From NCBI GenBank assembly GCA_947456915.1, contig CANGUQ010000001.1, positions 1-31,892 of the forward strand: DNA of 31,892 nt, written 5' to 3'. This stretch comes from Betaproteobacteria bacterium. Lineage in GTDB: Bacteria > Pseudomonadota > Gammaproteobacteria > Burkholderiales > CAIKXV01. Made by a program: the position numbers and the translations under genes. Positions 16,837 through 26,346 of this stretch are shown piece after piece. Positions within the stretch are counted from its first letter, which is position 1; every line of letters begins with the position of its first letter. The notes under the pieces are model-generated. The model did not search any database, was not told the DNA's origin, and worked only from the letters and a program-made list of their open reading frames with translations.

Positions 16837-18572
16837 CAGGCGATCTTTCCTTCGAACAGGGTGATCGGGGGAAAGGCACGCGGATCGATGATCACGTCGA
16901 TGACCGTGGTCCCCTCGGCTGCGATCGCCGACCGGAGCGCGTGCGCGAGGTCCGCCGGATCCTCGACCCGCAGCCCGTTGCAGCCGCAGGCGCGAGCGAT
17001 CGCGGCGTGGTCCACCGGAAACAGCTGGCAGGCGTCGGTGTGGCCGCCGTAGAGAACGTCCTCGGCGTGCCACTGATAGCCGAGGATCTGGTTGTTGAGC
17101 ACGATCACCGTCACCTTGATGCCCATGCGTCTGGCCGTCTCGAGCTCCGACCACATGTGGGCGAAGCCGCCGTCGCCGCAGATGCAGAATACCTCGCTGC
17201 GCGGCGCGGCCGTCTTCGCGCCGAGCGCGGCGGGAAAGCCCCAGCCCAGCCCGGCGAGTCCGCGTCCGGCGAGAAAGCGCATGCCCGCGCGCCGGGCGGT
17301 CAGATAGTTCGCGGCCCAGATCGGCGCATAGCTCGCGTCGCTGACCACGATCGAATCGGGCTCGAGTACCGCATCCAGTTCACGCATGAGGCGCTCGGGG
17401 CGGATCGGCACTGCAGCCGAATCGACCATCGATTTCGCCTCGGCCGCGAAGGCGGCCCGCCCGGTGGCGATGCGCGCCTCCACTGCGCTGCGCGTCTCGC
17501 AGCGAAGCGCCGGATCGAGCGTTGACAGCTGAGCAGCGAGTTGCTGCAGCACGAGCCGCGCATCGCCGACCAGCCGCAGAGCCTCGTAGTTTCGCCCGAC
17601 CTCCTGCCCGTCGACATCGACGTGAATGAACTGCGCGCCGGAGGGAAACAGCGTCCACGAGTCGGTGCCGTTCTGATTGGTACGGGTACCGACGAGCAGG
17701 ATCACGTCGGCCTCGTCGATCAGCGCTCGCAGGTGTCGCGCGTTGCCGCGGGTGCCCATGAAGTAGCCGATCACGCCGATGCTGAGCGGATGCAGCTCGC
17801 TCACCGCGCCCTTGCCCATCGGTGTGGTGGCCACCGGTATGCCGGCCTGCTGCTGCAGCTGCGCGAGCGCATCCTGTGCCGCCGACAGATGGATGCCGCC
17901 ACCGGCCACGATCAACGGCGCACGCGCCGCGGCGAGCAGCCGCGCGGCCTGTTCGACGCGCTGGGGATCGGCCCCGCAACGGTCGAGCGGAAAAGTGCCG
18001 AGAGATGATGTCCGGGTCGCCGGCACGCTGCGCGCGACAGGTTCGAGCAGCAGGTCCTGCGGGACCATCAGTACGGCTGGCCCCGGACGACCGCTTGCCG
18101 CAGCAACGAACGCCATGTCGACATGGTCATCGATGCGAGAGAGCTCGGCGACCCGCCGCACCCATTTGCTGCAGCCGCGGAACACGTCGAAGTGGTCGAG
18201 TTCCTGAAACGCGTTGCGGTCGGTCTGACTGCGGCGCACGTCCTGCACGATCGCCACGATCGGCACCGAGGCCTTGAGCGCCTCGGCGAGCGCTGGCGCG
18301 AGCAGTGCCGCCGCCGGACCGTTCTGCGCGGTGACCACCGCCACCCTGCCCGACGCGCGGGCGTATCCGTCGGCCATCGCGCCGCCGGCGTTCTCGGTTC
18401 GGTAGGCGATCTGCCGGATACCGGTCTCGGGCGCGACCAGATAGAGCGCCGAAGGCAGGCTCTGGCCGAACATCACCTCGACCCCGTGGCGCCTGAGCGC
18501 GCGGGCCACCAGATGTGCTCCGCAGACGGCGGGCAGCTTGTGCGCGCTCGCGACGGGCGCGGGTTCGTTCAT
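16836..18572 (-). CDS. ThDP-dependent acetolactate-synthase-like catalytic subunit (GQSLPS subfamily)
   Basis: AGGAGGT SD; FGQSLPS, YRTENAGGAMADGYAR, NAFQE, GGGIH, HVDVDGQEVGRNY, GDGG-...-NN motifs. Confidence 0.92.
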   Translation of the reverse strand: MNEPAPVASAHKLPAVCGAHLVARALRRHGVEVMFGQSLPSALYLVAPETGIRQIAYRTENAGGAMADGYARASGRVAVVTAQNGPAAALLAPALAEALKASVPIVAIVQDVRRSQTDRNAFQELDHFDVFRGCSKWVRRVAELSRIDDHVDMAFVAAASGRPGPAVLMVPQDLLLEPVARSVPATRTSSLGTFPLDRCGADPQRVEQAARLLAAARAPLIVAGGGIHLSAAQDALAQLQQQAGIPVATTPMGKGAVSELHPLSIGVIGYFMGTRGNARHLRALIDEADVILLVGTRTNQNGTDSWTLFPSGAQFIHVDVDGQEVGRNYEALRLVGDARLVLQQLAAQLSTLDPALRCETRSAVEARIATGRAAFAAEAKSMVDSAAVPIRPERLMRELDAVLEPDSIVVSDASYAPIWAANYLTARRAGMRFLAGRGLAGLGWGFPAALGAKTAAPRSEVFCICGDGGFAHMWSELETARRMGIKVTVIVLNNQILGYQWHAEDVLYGGHTDACQLFPVDHAAIARACGCNGLRVEDPADLAHALRSAIAAEGTTVIDVIIDPRAFPPITLFEGKIA

Positions 18573-18597
18573 CGTTCCGACCTCCTGGTCACCCCGC

Positions 18598-18936
18598 TCA
18601 GCCCGCGCGGGAATTGCCGTCCGGCACGGCCCAGTCGGGGACCGGCCAGCCCTGAAGCTCCGCGAGCCGGCAGACTACCCAGCCGGCTTCGGCAGGGCTG
18701 ACCACCGAGCCTTCGATCAGCAGCCCGCGGTGGATGCGCTCGAGTACCAGATCCTCGGTGATGCCGAGCTCGTGCAGCTTGAGCGAGGCCGCTTCGGTCA
18801 GCATCTGCGCCATGTCCTCGCACAGCTCGTAGCGTGCGGCGATCGCCGCGCGCGACTCTCCCGGCCGGGTCCTGCCGGGCTCGATGAACAGCGCGATGAA
18901 CGGCTGCGGAATGACGATCTGGTTGTCGTCACTCAC
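18598..18936 (-). CDS. small hypothetical protein (112 aa)
   Basis: GTG start SDDNQIVIPQPFIALF...ARYELCEDMAQMLTE...LERIHRGLL...WVVCRLAELQGW; protein-like composition; recalled as resembling short betaproteobacterial hypotheticals. Confidence 0.7.
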   Translation of the reverse strand: MSDDNQIVIPQPFIALFIEPGRTRPGESRAAIAARYELCEDMAQMLTEAASLKLHELGITEDLVLERIHRGLLIEGSVVSPAEAGWVVCRLAELQGWPVPDWAVPDGNSRAG

Positions 18937-19018
18937 GGTGAACAGCCGGGGCAGGAACCGATCGCAGGCCGGGCGGGAGCGCCGGACTGCGCCCCGGGGC
19001 GCAATCCGATCGCCGTCC

Positions 19019-20047
19019 TCACGCGGCCTTCTTCTCCGCGTCGTAGTCGTACTCGCCGCGCGAGGCGAGACTGCACATGCGGGCGCGATGGGCGAACACC
19101 GACTGTGCGGCAGCCCAGTTCTCCTGCCTGCCGCTCCAGGCCTTGAGCGCTGTCTGGTGAAGTGCACGGGAGTAGGAATAGGTGAGCGGCCAGGGCAGAT
19201 CGCTGCCGTGATTCCTGTTCATCAGTGACAGGTGCATCGCCGACTTCTCGTCGCTCTGCCCGCCGGACAGGAACACGACGCCGGGCAGTGCCGCCGGCAC
19301 CGAGCGCTTCAGGCACTCGACGGTCATCGCCGCCACCTGCGCCTCGGGCGCCTGCGCCGCACAGCTCTTGCCGGAGATCACCATGCTCGCCTTGAGGATC
19401 ATGTGCTCGGCCGAAACGCGCTGGCTGTAGCAGGCCTGGAACGTGGCGCGCAGCGTGGCTTCGCTCACCTCGAAGCAGCGCTCGATCGTGTGGTCACCGT
19501 CGATCAGCACCTCGGGTTCGACGATCGGCACGATGTTCGCTTCCTGGCACAGCGCCGAGTAGCGCGCGAGCGCATGGGCGTTGGCTTCCACACAACCCCA
19601 CGACGGCATATCCTTGCCGATGGTGATCACCGCGCGCCACTTGGCAAAGCGCGCGCCGAGCTTGAAGTAATCGGCCAGCCGGCCACGCAGGCCGTCGAGA
19701 CCCTCGGTGACGGTCTCCCCCGGATGCGCGGGCAGGTCCTTCGCGCCGCCGTCGACCTTGATACCGGGGATGATGCCCTGCCGCTCGAGCAGCTTCGGAA
19801 AAGCCTCGCCGGCGAGCGAATTCTGGCGGATCGTCTCGTCGAACAGGATCACGCCGCTGATGCAGTCGCCGATTCCCGGCGTCGTGAACAGCAGGTCCCG
19901 ATACGCGCGCCGGTTCGGTTCGGTGTTCTCGACATTCACGCCGGCAAAGCGCTTGGCGACGGTGGCGCTGCTCTCGTCGGCGGCCAGCAGACCCTTGCCC
20001 GTGGCGACCATCGCGGCAGCCGTCGCCGCCATCAGTTTCTTGTCCAT
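19019..20047 (-). CDS. fba: fructose-bisphosphate aldolase, class I (Schiff-base type)
   Basis: GKGLLAADES, GIIPGIKVD, FAKWRAVI, PIVEPEV, ILKASMV (Schiff-base Lys), FLSGGQS, SYSRAL. Confidence 0.96.
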   Translation of the reverse strand: MDKKLMAATAAAMVATGKGLLAADESSATVAKRFAGVNVENTEPNRRAYRDLLFTTPGIGDCISGVILFDETIRQNSLAGEAFPKLLERQGIIPGIKVDGGAKDLPAHPGETVTEGLDGLRGRLADYFKLGARFAKWRAVITIGKDMPSWGCVEANAHALARYSALCQEANIVPIVEPEVLIDGDHTIERCFEVSEATLRATFQACYSQRVSAEHMILKASMVISGKSCAAQAPEAQVAAMTVECLKRSVPAALPGVVFLSGGQSDEKSAMHLSLMNRNHGSDLPWPLTYSYSRALHQTALKAWSGRQENWAAAQSVFAHRARMCSLASRGEYDYDAEKKAA

Positions 20048-20132
20048 GTCCGGTTCCTCGCGGGTTCGTTGAACGTTGTGGTGGGATTGCGGATTCGGGA
20101 AATCGCGGCGGCCCCTTCGTGCAGGGGCGCGA

Positions 20133-21569
20133 TCAGGGCTTGCGGTGCTCGCCCACGCGCACGATCTTCATCGTGTTGGTGCCGCCTGCCTTGCCGAAAG
20201 GCTCGCCGATGGTGATGATGATCAGGTCGCCGTTCTGCACGGCGCCGCGCTTGAGCAGTTCGTCCTCGGCGAAGTTGAGCGTCTCCTCCGGGTCCTTCGA
20301 CTTCACCGCGAAGTTCACCGGGTAGACGCCGCGAAACAGGGTGACGCGGCGGCGCGTCTCGACCAGCGGCGTCAGCGCGTAGATCGGCACGGCGGAATCG
20401 TTGCGCGACATCAGCAGCGCGGTCTTGCCGCTCTGCGTGAGCGCGGCGATCGCCCTGATCGGCAGGTAGTTGGCGGTGGACATCACCGCACGACCCACCG
20501 CGCTCTCCACGTCGCGAGTGGTCTCGCCCACTGCACGCCGCTGCTCGTGCCGCGCGATGTCGGCCTTCTCCGCCTCGATGCACACGCGTGCCATCGCCTC
20601 CACGGTCTCGACCGGATACTGGCCAGCGGCGGTCTCGGCCGAGGTCATCACCGCGTCGGTGCCGTCGAGCACTGCGTTGGCACAGTCGGAAACCTCCGCG
20701 CGCGTCGGAATCGGCGAGTTGATCATCGACTCCATCATCTGCGTGGCGGTGATCACCACCTTGCTCTTCGCGCGGGCCATGCTGATCATCCGCTTCTGCA
20801 GCGCCGGGATCACCGCATCCCCGACTTCCACCGCGAGGTCCCCGCGTGCAACCATGATGATGTCGGAGGCGTCGATGATCTGCTCCAGATCGGCGATCGC
20901 CTCGGCACGCTCGATCTTCGAGCAGATCAGCGCCTTGCCGCCGGCCTTGGTCAGCAGGGACCGCGCCCACTCGATGTCCTGTCCGGAGCGCGGGAAGGAC
21001 ACGCCCAGATAGTCGGCCTTGAGCTCGGCCGCGATCCGGATGTCCTCCATGTCCTTCTCGGTGAGCGCGGGGGCGGTCAGGCCGCCACCCTTGCGGTTGA
21101 TGCCCTTGTTGTTGGACAGCACCCCGCCCTGCTCGACCACGGTGATGATCTGCGGACCCTTGACCTCGACCACGGCGAGCACGATCAGTCCGTCGTTGAG
21201 CAGCAGCGTGTCCCCGGCGCGTACGTCCTTGGGCAGGTTGACGTAGTCCAGCCCGACGCGCTCGTCATCGCCGAGCTTGCAGCGCGCGTCGAGGATGAAT
21301 CTCGCACCGACCTTGAGCGTGGTCTTGCCGTTCTCGAACTTGCCGATGCGGATCTTGGGGCCCTGCAGGTCCATCAGGACGCCGATCGTCCGACCGGCCG
21401 CACGGGCGAGCGAACGGATGGTCTCCACCCGCCTGGCGTGCTCCTCGGGCGTGCCGTGAGAGAAGTTGATGCGCACGACATCCATGCCCGCCTCGATCAT
21501 GCGGGCGAGTACCTTGGGATCGGTACTGGCCGGGCCCAGCGTGCAGACGATCTTCGTGCGGCGGGTCAT
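20133..21569 (-). CDS. pyk: pyruvate kinase (PykA-type, K+-independent signature)
   Basis: RRTKIVCTLGPAS, RINFSHG, DLQGPKIRI, SKIERAEA, IMVARGDL, TATQMMESM, NAVLDGTDAVM. Start ATG 21569. Confidence 0.97.
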   Translation of the reverse strand: MTRRTKIVCTLGPASTDPKVLARMIEAGMDVVRINFSHGTPEEHARRVETIRSLARAAGRTIGVLMDLQGPKIRIGKFENGKTTLKVGARFILDARCKLGDDERVGLDYVNLPKDVRAGDTLLLNDGLIVLAVVEVKGPQIITVVEQGGVLSNNKGINRKGGGLTAPALTEKDMEDIRIAAELKADYLGVSFPRSGQDIEWARSLLTKAGGKALICSKIERAEAIADLEQIIDASDIIMVARGDLAVEVGDAVIPALQKRMISMARAKSKVVITATQMMESMINSPIPTRAEVSDCANAVLDGTDAVMTSAETAAGQYPVETVEAMARVCIEAEKADIARHEQRRAVGETTRDVESAVGRAVMSTANYLPIRAIAALTQSGKTALLMSRNDSAVPIYALTPLVETRRRVTLFRGVYPVNFAVKSKDPEETLNFAEDELLKRGAVQNGDLIIITIGEPFGKAGGTNTMKIVRVGEHRKP

Positions 21570-21660
21570 GCGGTCTCCAGTGAAGCGGTAGTCGCGGGGC
21601 CGGTGCGCAGTGTCGCACCGCTTCCGGCACAGGCGCACCGGAAGCCGGACACCGGGCCGC

Positions 21661-22845
21661 TCAGGCGGCGCGCTGCTGCAGGATGGCCAGTGCCGGGAGT
21701 TCCTTCCCCTCGAGGAACTCGAGGAAGGCACCACCGGCGGTGGAGATGTAATCGACGTCTCCGGCGATACCGAACTTGTTGATCGCGGCGATCGTGTCGC
21801 CGCCTCCGGCCAGCGAGAACGCCGGTGAGCGGGCGATCGCCGCAGCGATCGCCCGCGTGCCGCCGGAGAAGGCGTCGAACTCGAACACGCCCACCGGCCC
21901 GTTCCAGACGATGGTGCCCGCGCTCTGCAGCAGCTCGCCCAGCATCGCGGCCGTCTTCGGCCCGATGTCGAGGATCATGTCGTCGGCAGCGACCGCAGAG
22001 GCCGCCTTCTCGGTGGCCGGCGCATCGGGCGCGAACGACTTCGCCACCACGACATCCACCGGAATCGGCACCTCGCCGCCCTTCGCGCGCAGCATCGCCA
22101 TCACCTTCCTCGCATCCTCGACCAGATCGAGCTCGGCGAGCGACTTGCCGATCGGCAGGCCGGCGGCTGCCATGAACGTGTTGGCGATGCCGCCACCGAC
22201 GATCAGACGATCGACCTTGCCGGCAAGCGCCTGCAGGATGGTGAGCTTGGTCGAGACTTTCGAGCCGGCGACGATCGCCACCAGCGGTCGCTTCGGCTGC
22301 GCGAGCGCGCGCGTGAGCGCGCTGACCTCCTCGGCCATCAGCGGGCCGGCGCAGGCCACCGGCGCGAACTTCGCGATGCCGTGGGTAGTCGCTTCCGCAC
22401 GATGCGCGGTACCGAACGCATCGTTCACGTAGACATCGCACAGCGCAGCCATCTTCCGCGCCAGCGCGTCGTCGTTCTTCTTCTCGCCCTTGTTGCAACG
22501 GCAGTTCTCGAGCAGCACGACTTCCCCCGGCGCCGGCGCCACCTCTCCGGCATCGATCCAGTCGCGCCTGACCGCCACGGGCCTGCCGAGGAGCGCCGCC
22601 AGGCGTTCGGCGATCGGCGCGAGCGAATCCTCGGGCCTGAACTCGCCTTCCTTCGGGCGGCCCAGGTGGGAAGTCACCATCACCCGCGCGCCCGCCTTCA
22701 GCGCGAACTCGATCCCCGGCAGCGAGGCGCGGATGCGCGTGTCGTCGGTGATCGCGCCGCGTTCGTCCTGGGGCACGTTCAGGTCGGCGCGGATGAACAC
22801 CCGCTTGCCGGAGAGATCGAGGTCGGTCATCCGCCGGATGTTCAT
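21661..22845 (-). CDS. pgk: phosphoglycerate kinase
   Basis: [71 protein letters not shown]. Confidence 0.98.
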   Translation of the reverse strand: MNIRRMTDLDLSGKRVFIRADLNVPQDERGAITDDTRIRASLPGIEFALKAGARVMVTSHLGRPKEGEFRPEDSLAPIAERLAALLGRPVAVRRDWIDAGEVAPAPGEVVLLENCRCNKGEKKNDDALARKMAALCDVYVNDAFGTAHRAEATTHGIAKFAPVACAGPLMAEEVSALTRALAQPKRPLVAIVAGSKVSTKLTILQALAGKVDRLIVGGGIANTFMAAAGLPIGKSLAELDLVEDARKVMAMLRAKGGEVPIPVDVVVAKSFAPDAPATEKAASAVAADDMILDIGPKTAAMLGELLQSAGTIVWNGPVGVFEFDAFSGGTRAIAAAIARSPAFSLAGGGDTIAAINKFGIAGDVDYISTAGGAFLEFLEGKELPALAILQQRAA

Positions 22846-22866
22846 CGCTTCACCGTCCCGCCGTCG

Positions 22867-23880
22867 TCACTTCGCCGCCATCAGCGCGACCGTGGTGTCG
22901 AGCATCCGGTTGGAGAAGCCCCACTCGTTGTCGTACCACGACGACACCTTGACCAGCGAGCCGCTCACCTTGGTGAGCGTCGAGTCGAACATGCTCGAGT
23001 GCGAGTCGTGGTTGAAGTCCACCGACACGAGCGGCGCGTCGTTGTAGCCCAGCACGCCCTTCCACGCCGGCATCGCCGCGGCTTCCTTCATCGCGGCGTT
23101 GACTTCCTCGACTGTCGTCGCTCGCGCAGCGACGAACGACAGATCGACGATCGACACGTTGATCGTGGGCACACGGATCGCGTAGCCGTCGAGCCTGCCG
23201 TTGAGCTGCGGCAGCACGAGACCCACGGCAGCCGCGGCGCCGGTCTTGGTCGGGATCATCGACTGCGTGGCAGAGCGCGCGCGGCGCAGGTCCTCGTGAT
23301 AGACGTCGGTGAGCACCTGGTCGTTGGTATAGGCGTGGATCGTGGTCATCAGTCCGTTGACGATGCCGATCTTCTCGTGCAGCACCTTGGCCATGGGCGC
23401 GAGGCAGTTCGTGGTGCACGAAGCGTTGGAGATCACGGTGTCGGAGGCCTTGAGCACGTCGTGATTGACGCCGTACACGACCGTCGCATCGACATCCTTC
23501 CCCCCCGGGGCCGAGATGATCACCTTCCTGGCCCCGCCCTTGAGGTGGGCGCCGGCCTTTTCCTTGGTGGTGAACAGGCCGGTGCACTCGAGCACGACGT
23601 CCACACCCAGCGAACCCCACGCGATCTCCGCCGGATTGCGCACGGCGAACACCTTGATGCGGTCGCCGTTTACGATCATCGAATCGCCATCGACTTCGAC
23701 CTTGCCCGGGAACCTGCCGTGCGCGGTGTCGTGGCGGGTCAGATGCGCGTTGGTCTTCGCATCGCCCAGATCGTTGATGCCGACGATCTGGATGTCCTTC
23801 GTGCGCTGCGCCTCGTACAGGGCGCGCAGGATGTTTCTGCCGATACGGCCGTAGCCGTTGATGCCAACACGGATCGCCAT
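22867..23880 (-). CDS. gap: type I glyceraldehyde-3-phosphate dehydrogenase
   Basis: GGAGGAG SD; [23 protein letters not shown] (catalytic Cys), [18 protein letters not shown]. Start ATG 23880. Confidence 0.98.
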   Translation of the reverse strand: MAIRVGINGYGRIGRNILRALYEAQRTKDIQIVGINDLGDAKTNAHLTRHDTAHGRFPGKVEVDGDSMIVNGDRIKVFAVRNPAEIAWGSLGVDVVLECTGLFTTKEKAGAHLKGGARKVIISAPGGKDVDATVVYGVNHDVLKASDTVISNASCTTNCLAPMAKVLHEKIGIVNGLMTTIHAYTNDQVLTDVYHEDLRRARSATQSMIPTKTGAAAAVGLVLPQLNGRLDGYAIRVPTINVSIVDLSFVAARATTVEEVNAAMKEAAAMPAWKGVLGYNDAPLVSVDFNHDSHSSMFDSTLTKVSGSLVKVSSWYDNEWGFSNRMLDTTVALMAAK

Positions 23881-24158
23881 GGACTCCTCCGGAATTTCGT
23901 TGCGTTGCGTGACGGGGACGCTGCGCCGGACACGTGCCGGCGCTGCTGCCGGGGCCGGCGCAGCGCGCTGGCGCCCGCATCCACCAGCCAGGGCGGCAAC
24001 GTGATCGGCCCGCAGCACGACCGGGCGCCGTGCACGGTCGGACCCGCCCCGGGTGGTCGCGTGGACCCGTCACCGGCCCGCGCCCGTCCCCACGACCCGG
24101 GAAGTCTACCGCATGGACGGTAGCCGGCTGTTGCCGCAGCGGCGCCTGCGGGTGGCGA

Positions 24159-26189
24159 TCAGCCGCGCAGGACGGCGCGGGCAAGTGCCGCCACGGCCTC
24201 GGCGGTGAACCCCAGATGCCGGAACGCCACGGCCGCCGGTGCCGATTCGCCGAAGCGGTCCAGTCCGAGCACCGCGCCGCGGCCATCGTCGGCGGCACCG
24301 ACATACTTGTACCAGCAGTCCCTGACCCCCGCCTCGACCGCGACGCGCGGTACGCCGCGCGGCAGCACCGCTGTCCGATACGCTTCTTCCTGACGATCGA
24401 ACACGGAGGTGCACGGCATCGACACCACGCGCACGACGATCCCCTCGGCAGCAAGCAGGGTGCGCGCGGCAACCGCCAGCTGTACCTCGGAGCCGGTGGC
24501 AATCAGCACGACCGCCGGCGCCCCGCCGTCGGCCTCGACGAGCACGTATCCGCCGCGCGCAATCGACGCGAGCTGGGCCTCGCTGCGCGGCTGCGGCGGC
24601 AGCCCCTGGCGCGACAGCGCGAACGCCGTCGGTCCGTCGCGACGGCCGAGCGCAGCCTGCCAGGCGACAGCGGTCTCAGCCCCGTCGCACGGACGCCAGA
24701 CCTCCAGATTGGGGATCAGCCGCAGTGCCGAGACATGCTCGACCGGCTGGTGCGTCGGCCCGTCCTCACCCAGCCCGATCGAGTCGTGCGTGAACACGAA
24801 GATGTTGCGCACGCGCATCAGCGCCGCCATGCGCAACGCGTTGCGCGAGTAGTCGGAGAAGGTGAGGAAAGTACCGGTCTGCGGAATGAACCCGCCGTGC
24901 AGCGCCACCCCGTTGGTGATCGCTGCCATCGCGAACTCGCGTACGCCGAAGTTCACGATGTTGCCGGACAGTGTCGGACCACCGGGGGCCACCACGCGCG
25001 CGCCCTTCCAGTCGGTGAACACGCTGCCCATCAGATCGGCTGAGCCGCCCAGCAGTTCGGGCAGCGCGGGAGCGAGCAGGTTGAGCGTGTTCTGCGAGGC
25101 CTTGCGGGTGGCGAACGCATCGGCCTTGCCCTGCGCGGCGACGATCGCCGCCTGCGCGTGCTGTGCGAACTGCTCCGGCAGTTCGCCGCGCATGCGTCGG
25201 TCGAACTCGCGGGCGAGTTCGGGATGGGCAGCAGCATATGCGGCCTGGCGCTCGCGCCACGCCGCATGCGCCGCCGCGCCGCGTGCGCGCTGGTCCCACG
25301 CCGCACGCACCGGCTGCGGGATCTCGAACGCAGGCGCGCTCCAGCCCAGCGCCTGGCGGGCCGCCGCCACTTCCTCAACGCCGAGGGCCGAGCCGTGAGT
25401 ATCGGCACTGCCCTGCTTGTTCGGCGCGCCCTTGCCGATCACGGTGCGGCAGCAGATCAGCGTCGGGCGGGCGCGCTCGGCCTGCGCGCTGCGGATCGCC
25501 GCGTCGATCGCCTGCGGGTCGTGCCCGTCGACGGCCGGAATCACCTGCCAGCCGTAGGCCTCGAAGCGCTTTGCCGAGTCGTCGGTGAACCAGCCCTCGA
25601 CCCGTCCGTCGATCGAGATGCCGTTGTCGTCGTAGAAGGCGATCAGCTTGCCCAGGCCGAGCGTGCCGGCGAGCGAGCACGCCTCGTGCGAGATCCCTTC
25701 CATCAGGCACCCGTCGCCGAGGAAGACGTATGTGTAGTGGTCGACCAGCGTGTGCCCGGGACGGTTGAACTCGCTGGCGAGCAGCGCCTCGGCGAGCGCC
25801 ATGCCAACAGCATTGGCGAGCCCCTGTCCGAGCGGTCCGGTGGTGGTCTCCACGCCGGCGGTGATGCCGTACTCCGGGTGTCCGGGCGTCTTCGAGTGCA
25901 GCTGGCGGAACGCGACCAGCTCGGCCATCGGCAGGTCGTAGCCCGTCAGATGCAGCAGCCCGTACAGCAGCATCGACCCATGCCCGTTGGACAGCACGAA
26001 CCGGTCGCGGTCTGGCCAGTGCGGATCGGCCGGATCGTGCTTGAGGTGGCCGCGCCAGAGTGCCTCGGCAATGTCGGCCATGCCCATCGGCATGCCCGGG
26101 TGACCGGAATTGGCCTTCTGGACGGCGTCCATGGCGAGGACGCGCAGGGCGTTGGCGAGTTCGAGGCGGGCGGGCGAGCGTTCGGACAT
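24159..26189 (-). CDS. tkt: transketolase
   Basis: [65 protein letters not shown]. Confidence 0.98.
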   Translation of the reverse strand: MSERSPARLELANALRVLAMDAVQKANSGHPGMPMGMADIAEALWRGHLKHDPADPHWPDRDRFVLSNGHGSMLLYGLLHLTGYDLPMAELVAFRQLHSKTPGHPEYGITAGVETTTGPLGQGLANAVGMALAEALLASEFNRPGHTLVDHYTYVFLGDGCLMEGISHEACSLAGTLGLGKLIAFYDDNGISIDGRVEGWFTDDSAKRFEAYGWQVIPAVDGHDPQAIDAAIRSAQAERARPTLICCRTVIGKGAPNKQGSADTHGSALGVEEVAAARQALGWSAPAFEIPQPVRAAWDQRARGAAAHAAWRERQAAYAAAHPELAREFDRRMRGELPEQFAQHAQAAIVAAQGKADAFATRKASQNTLNLLAPALPELLGGSADLMGSVFTDWKGARVVAPGGPTLSGNIVNFGVREFAMAAITNGVALHGGFIPQTGTFLTFSDYSRNALRMAALMRVRNIFVFTHDSIGLGEDGPTHQPVEHVSALRLIPNLEVWRPCDGAETAVAWQAALGRRDGPTAFALSRQGLPPQPRSEAQLASIARGGYVLVEADGGAPAVVLIATGSEVQLAVAARTLLAAEGIVVRVVSMPCTSVFDRQEEAYRTAVLPRGVPRVAVEAGVRDCWYKYVGAADDGRGAVLGLDRFGESAPAAVAFRHLGFTAEAVAALARAVLRG

Positions 26190-26275
26190 GCGGATCAGGC
26201 CGGACAGCCGGCCTCGCGGCCGGCAGGAGTGGACGGGACGCCGGGCGCCGGCGAGCGCGCGATGCGCGCGCGCCG

Positions 26276-26281
26276 ATTATC
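26276..26281 (-). promoter_or_regulatory. putative -10 element (GATAAT) for the tkt-gap-pgk-pyk operon
   Basis: GGGATAAT on the minus strand about 87 nt upstream of the tkt ATG, in otherwise GC-saturated DNA. Confidence 0.4.
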
Positions 26282-26346
26282 CCGCATTGTTCCCCGGCCC
26301 GCTGCGCGCGCCGGCGGCCCCCGCAGGCGCAGCGCGCGCAACGACG

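Noticed and set aside
15818-16879. Apparent long N-terminal extension fusing onto the small cupin (ORF 15413..16879)
   Set aside because: The extension overlaps the TctC gene in another frame; a good ATG lies at 15817.
9787-21641. CCGGTGCGC recurring in three intergenic regions as a possible REP family
   Set aside because: A GC-rich 9-mer is expected a few times by chance at this composition; flanks do not match.
23881-24158. 278-nt tkt-gap spacer as a possible small RNA or ORF
   Set aside because: Only short 6-bp GC stems, no convincing ORF with an SD, and no recognisable RNA family.
19019-26189. tkt-gap-pgk-fba as a Calvin-cycle (cbb) cluster
   Set aside because: No RuBisCO, phosphoribulokinase or cbbR in the window, and pyk is embedded; this fits a standard glycolysis/gluconeogenesis operon.
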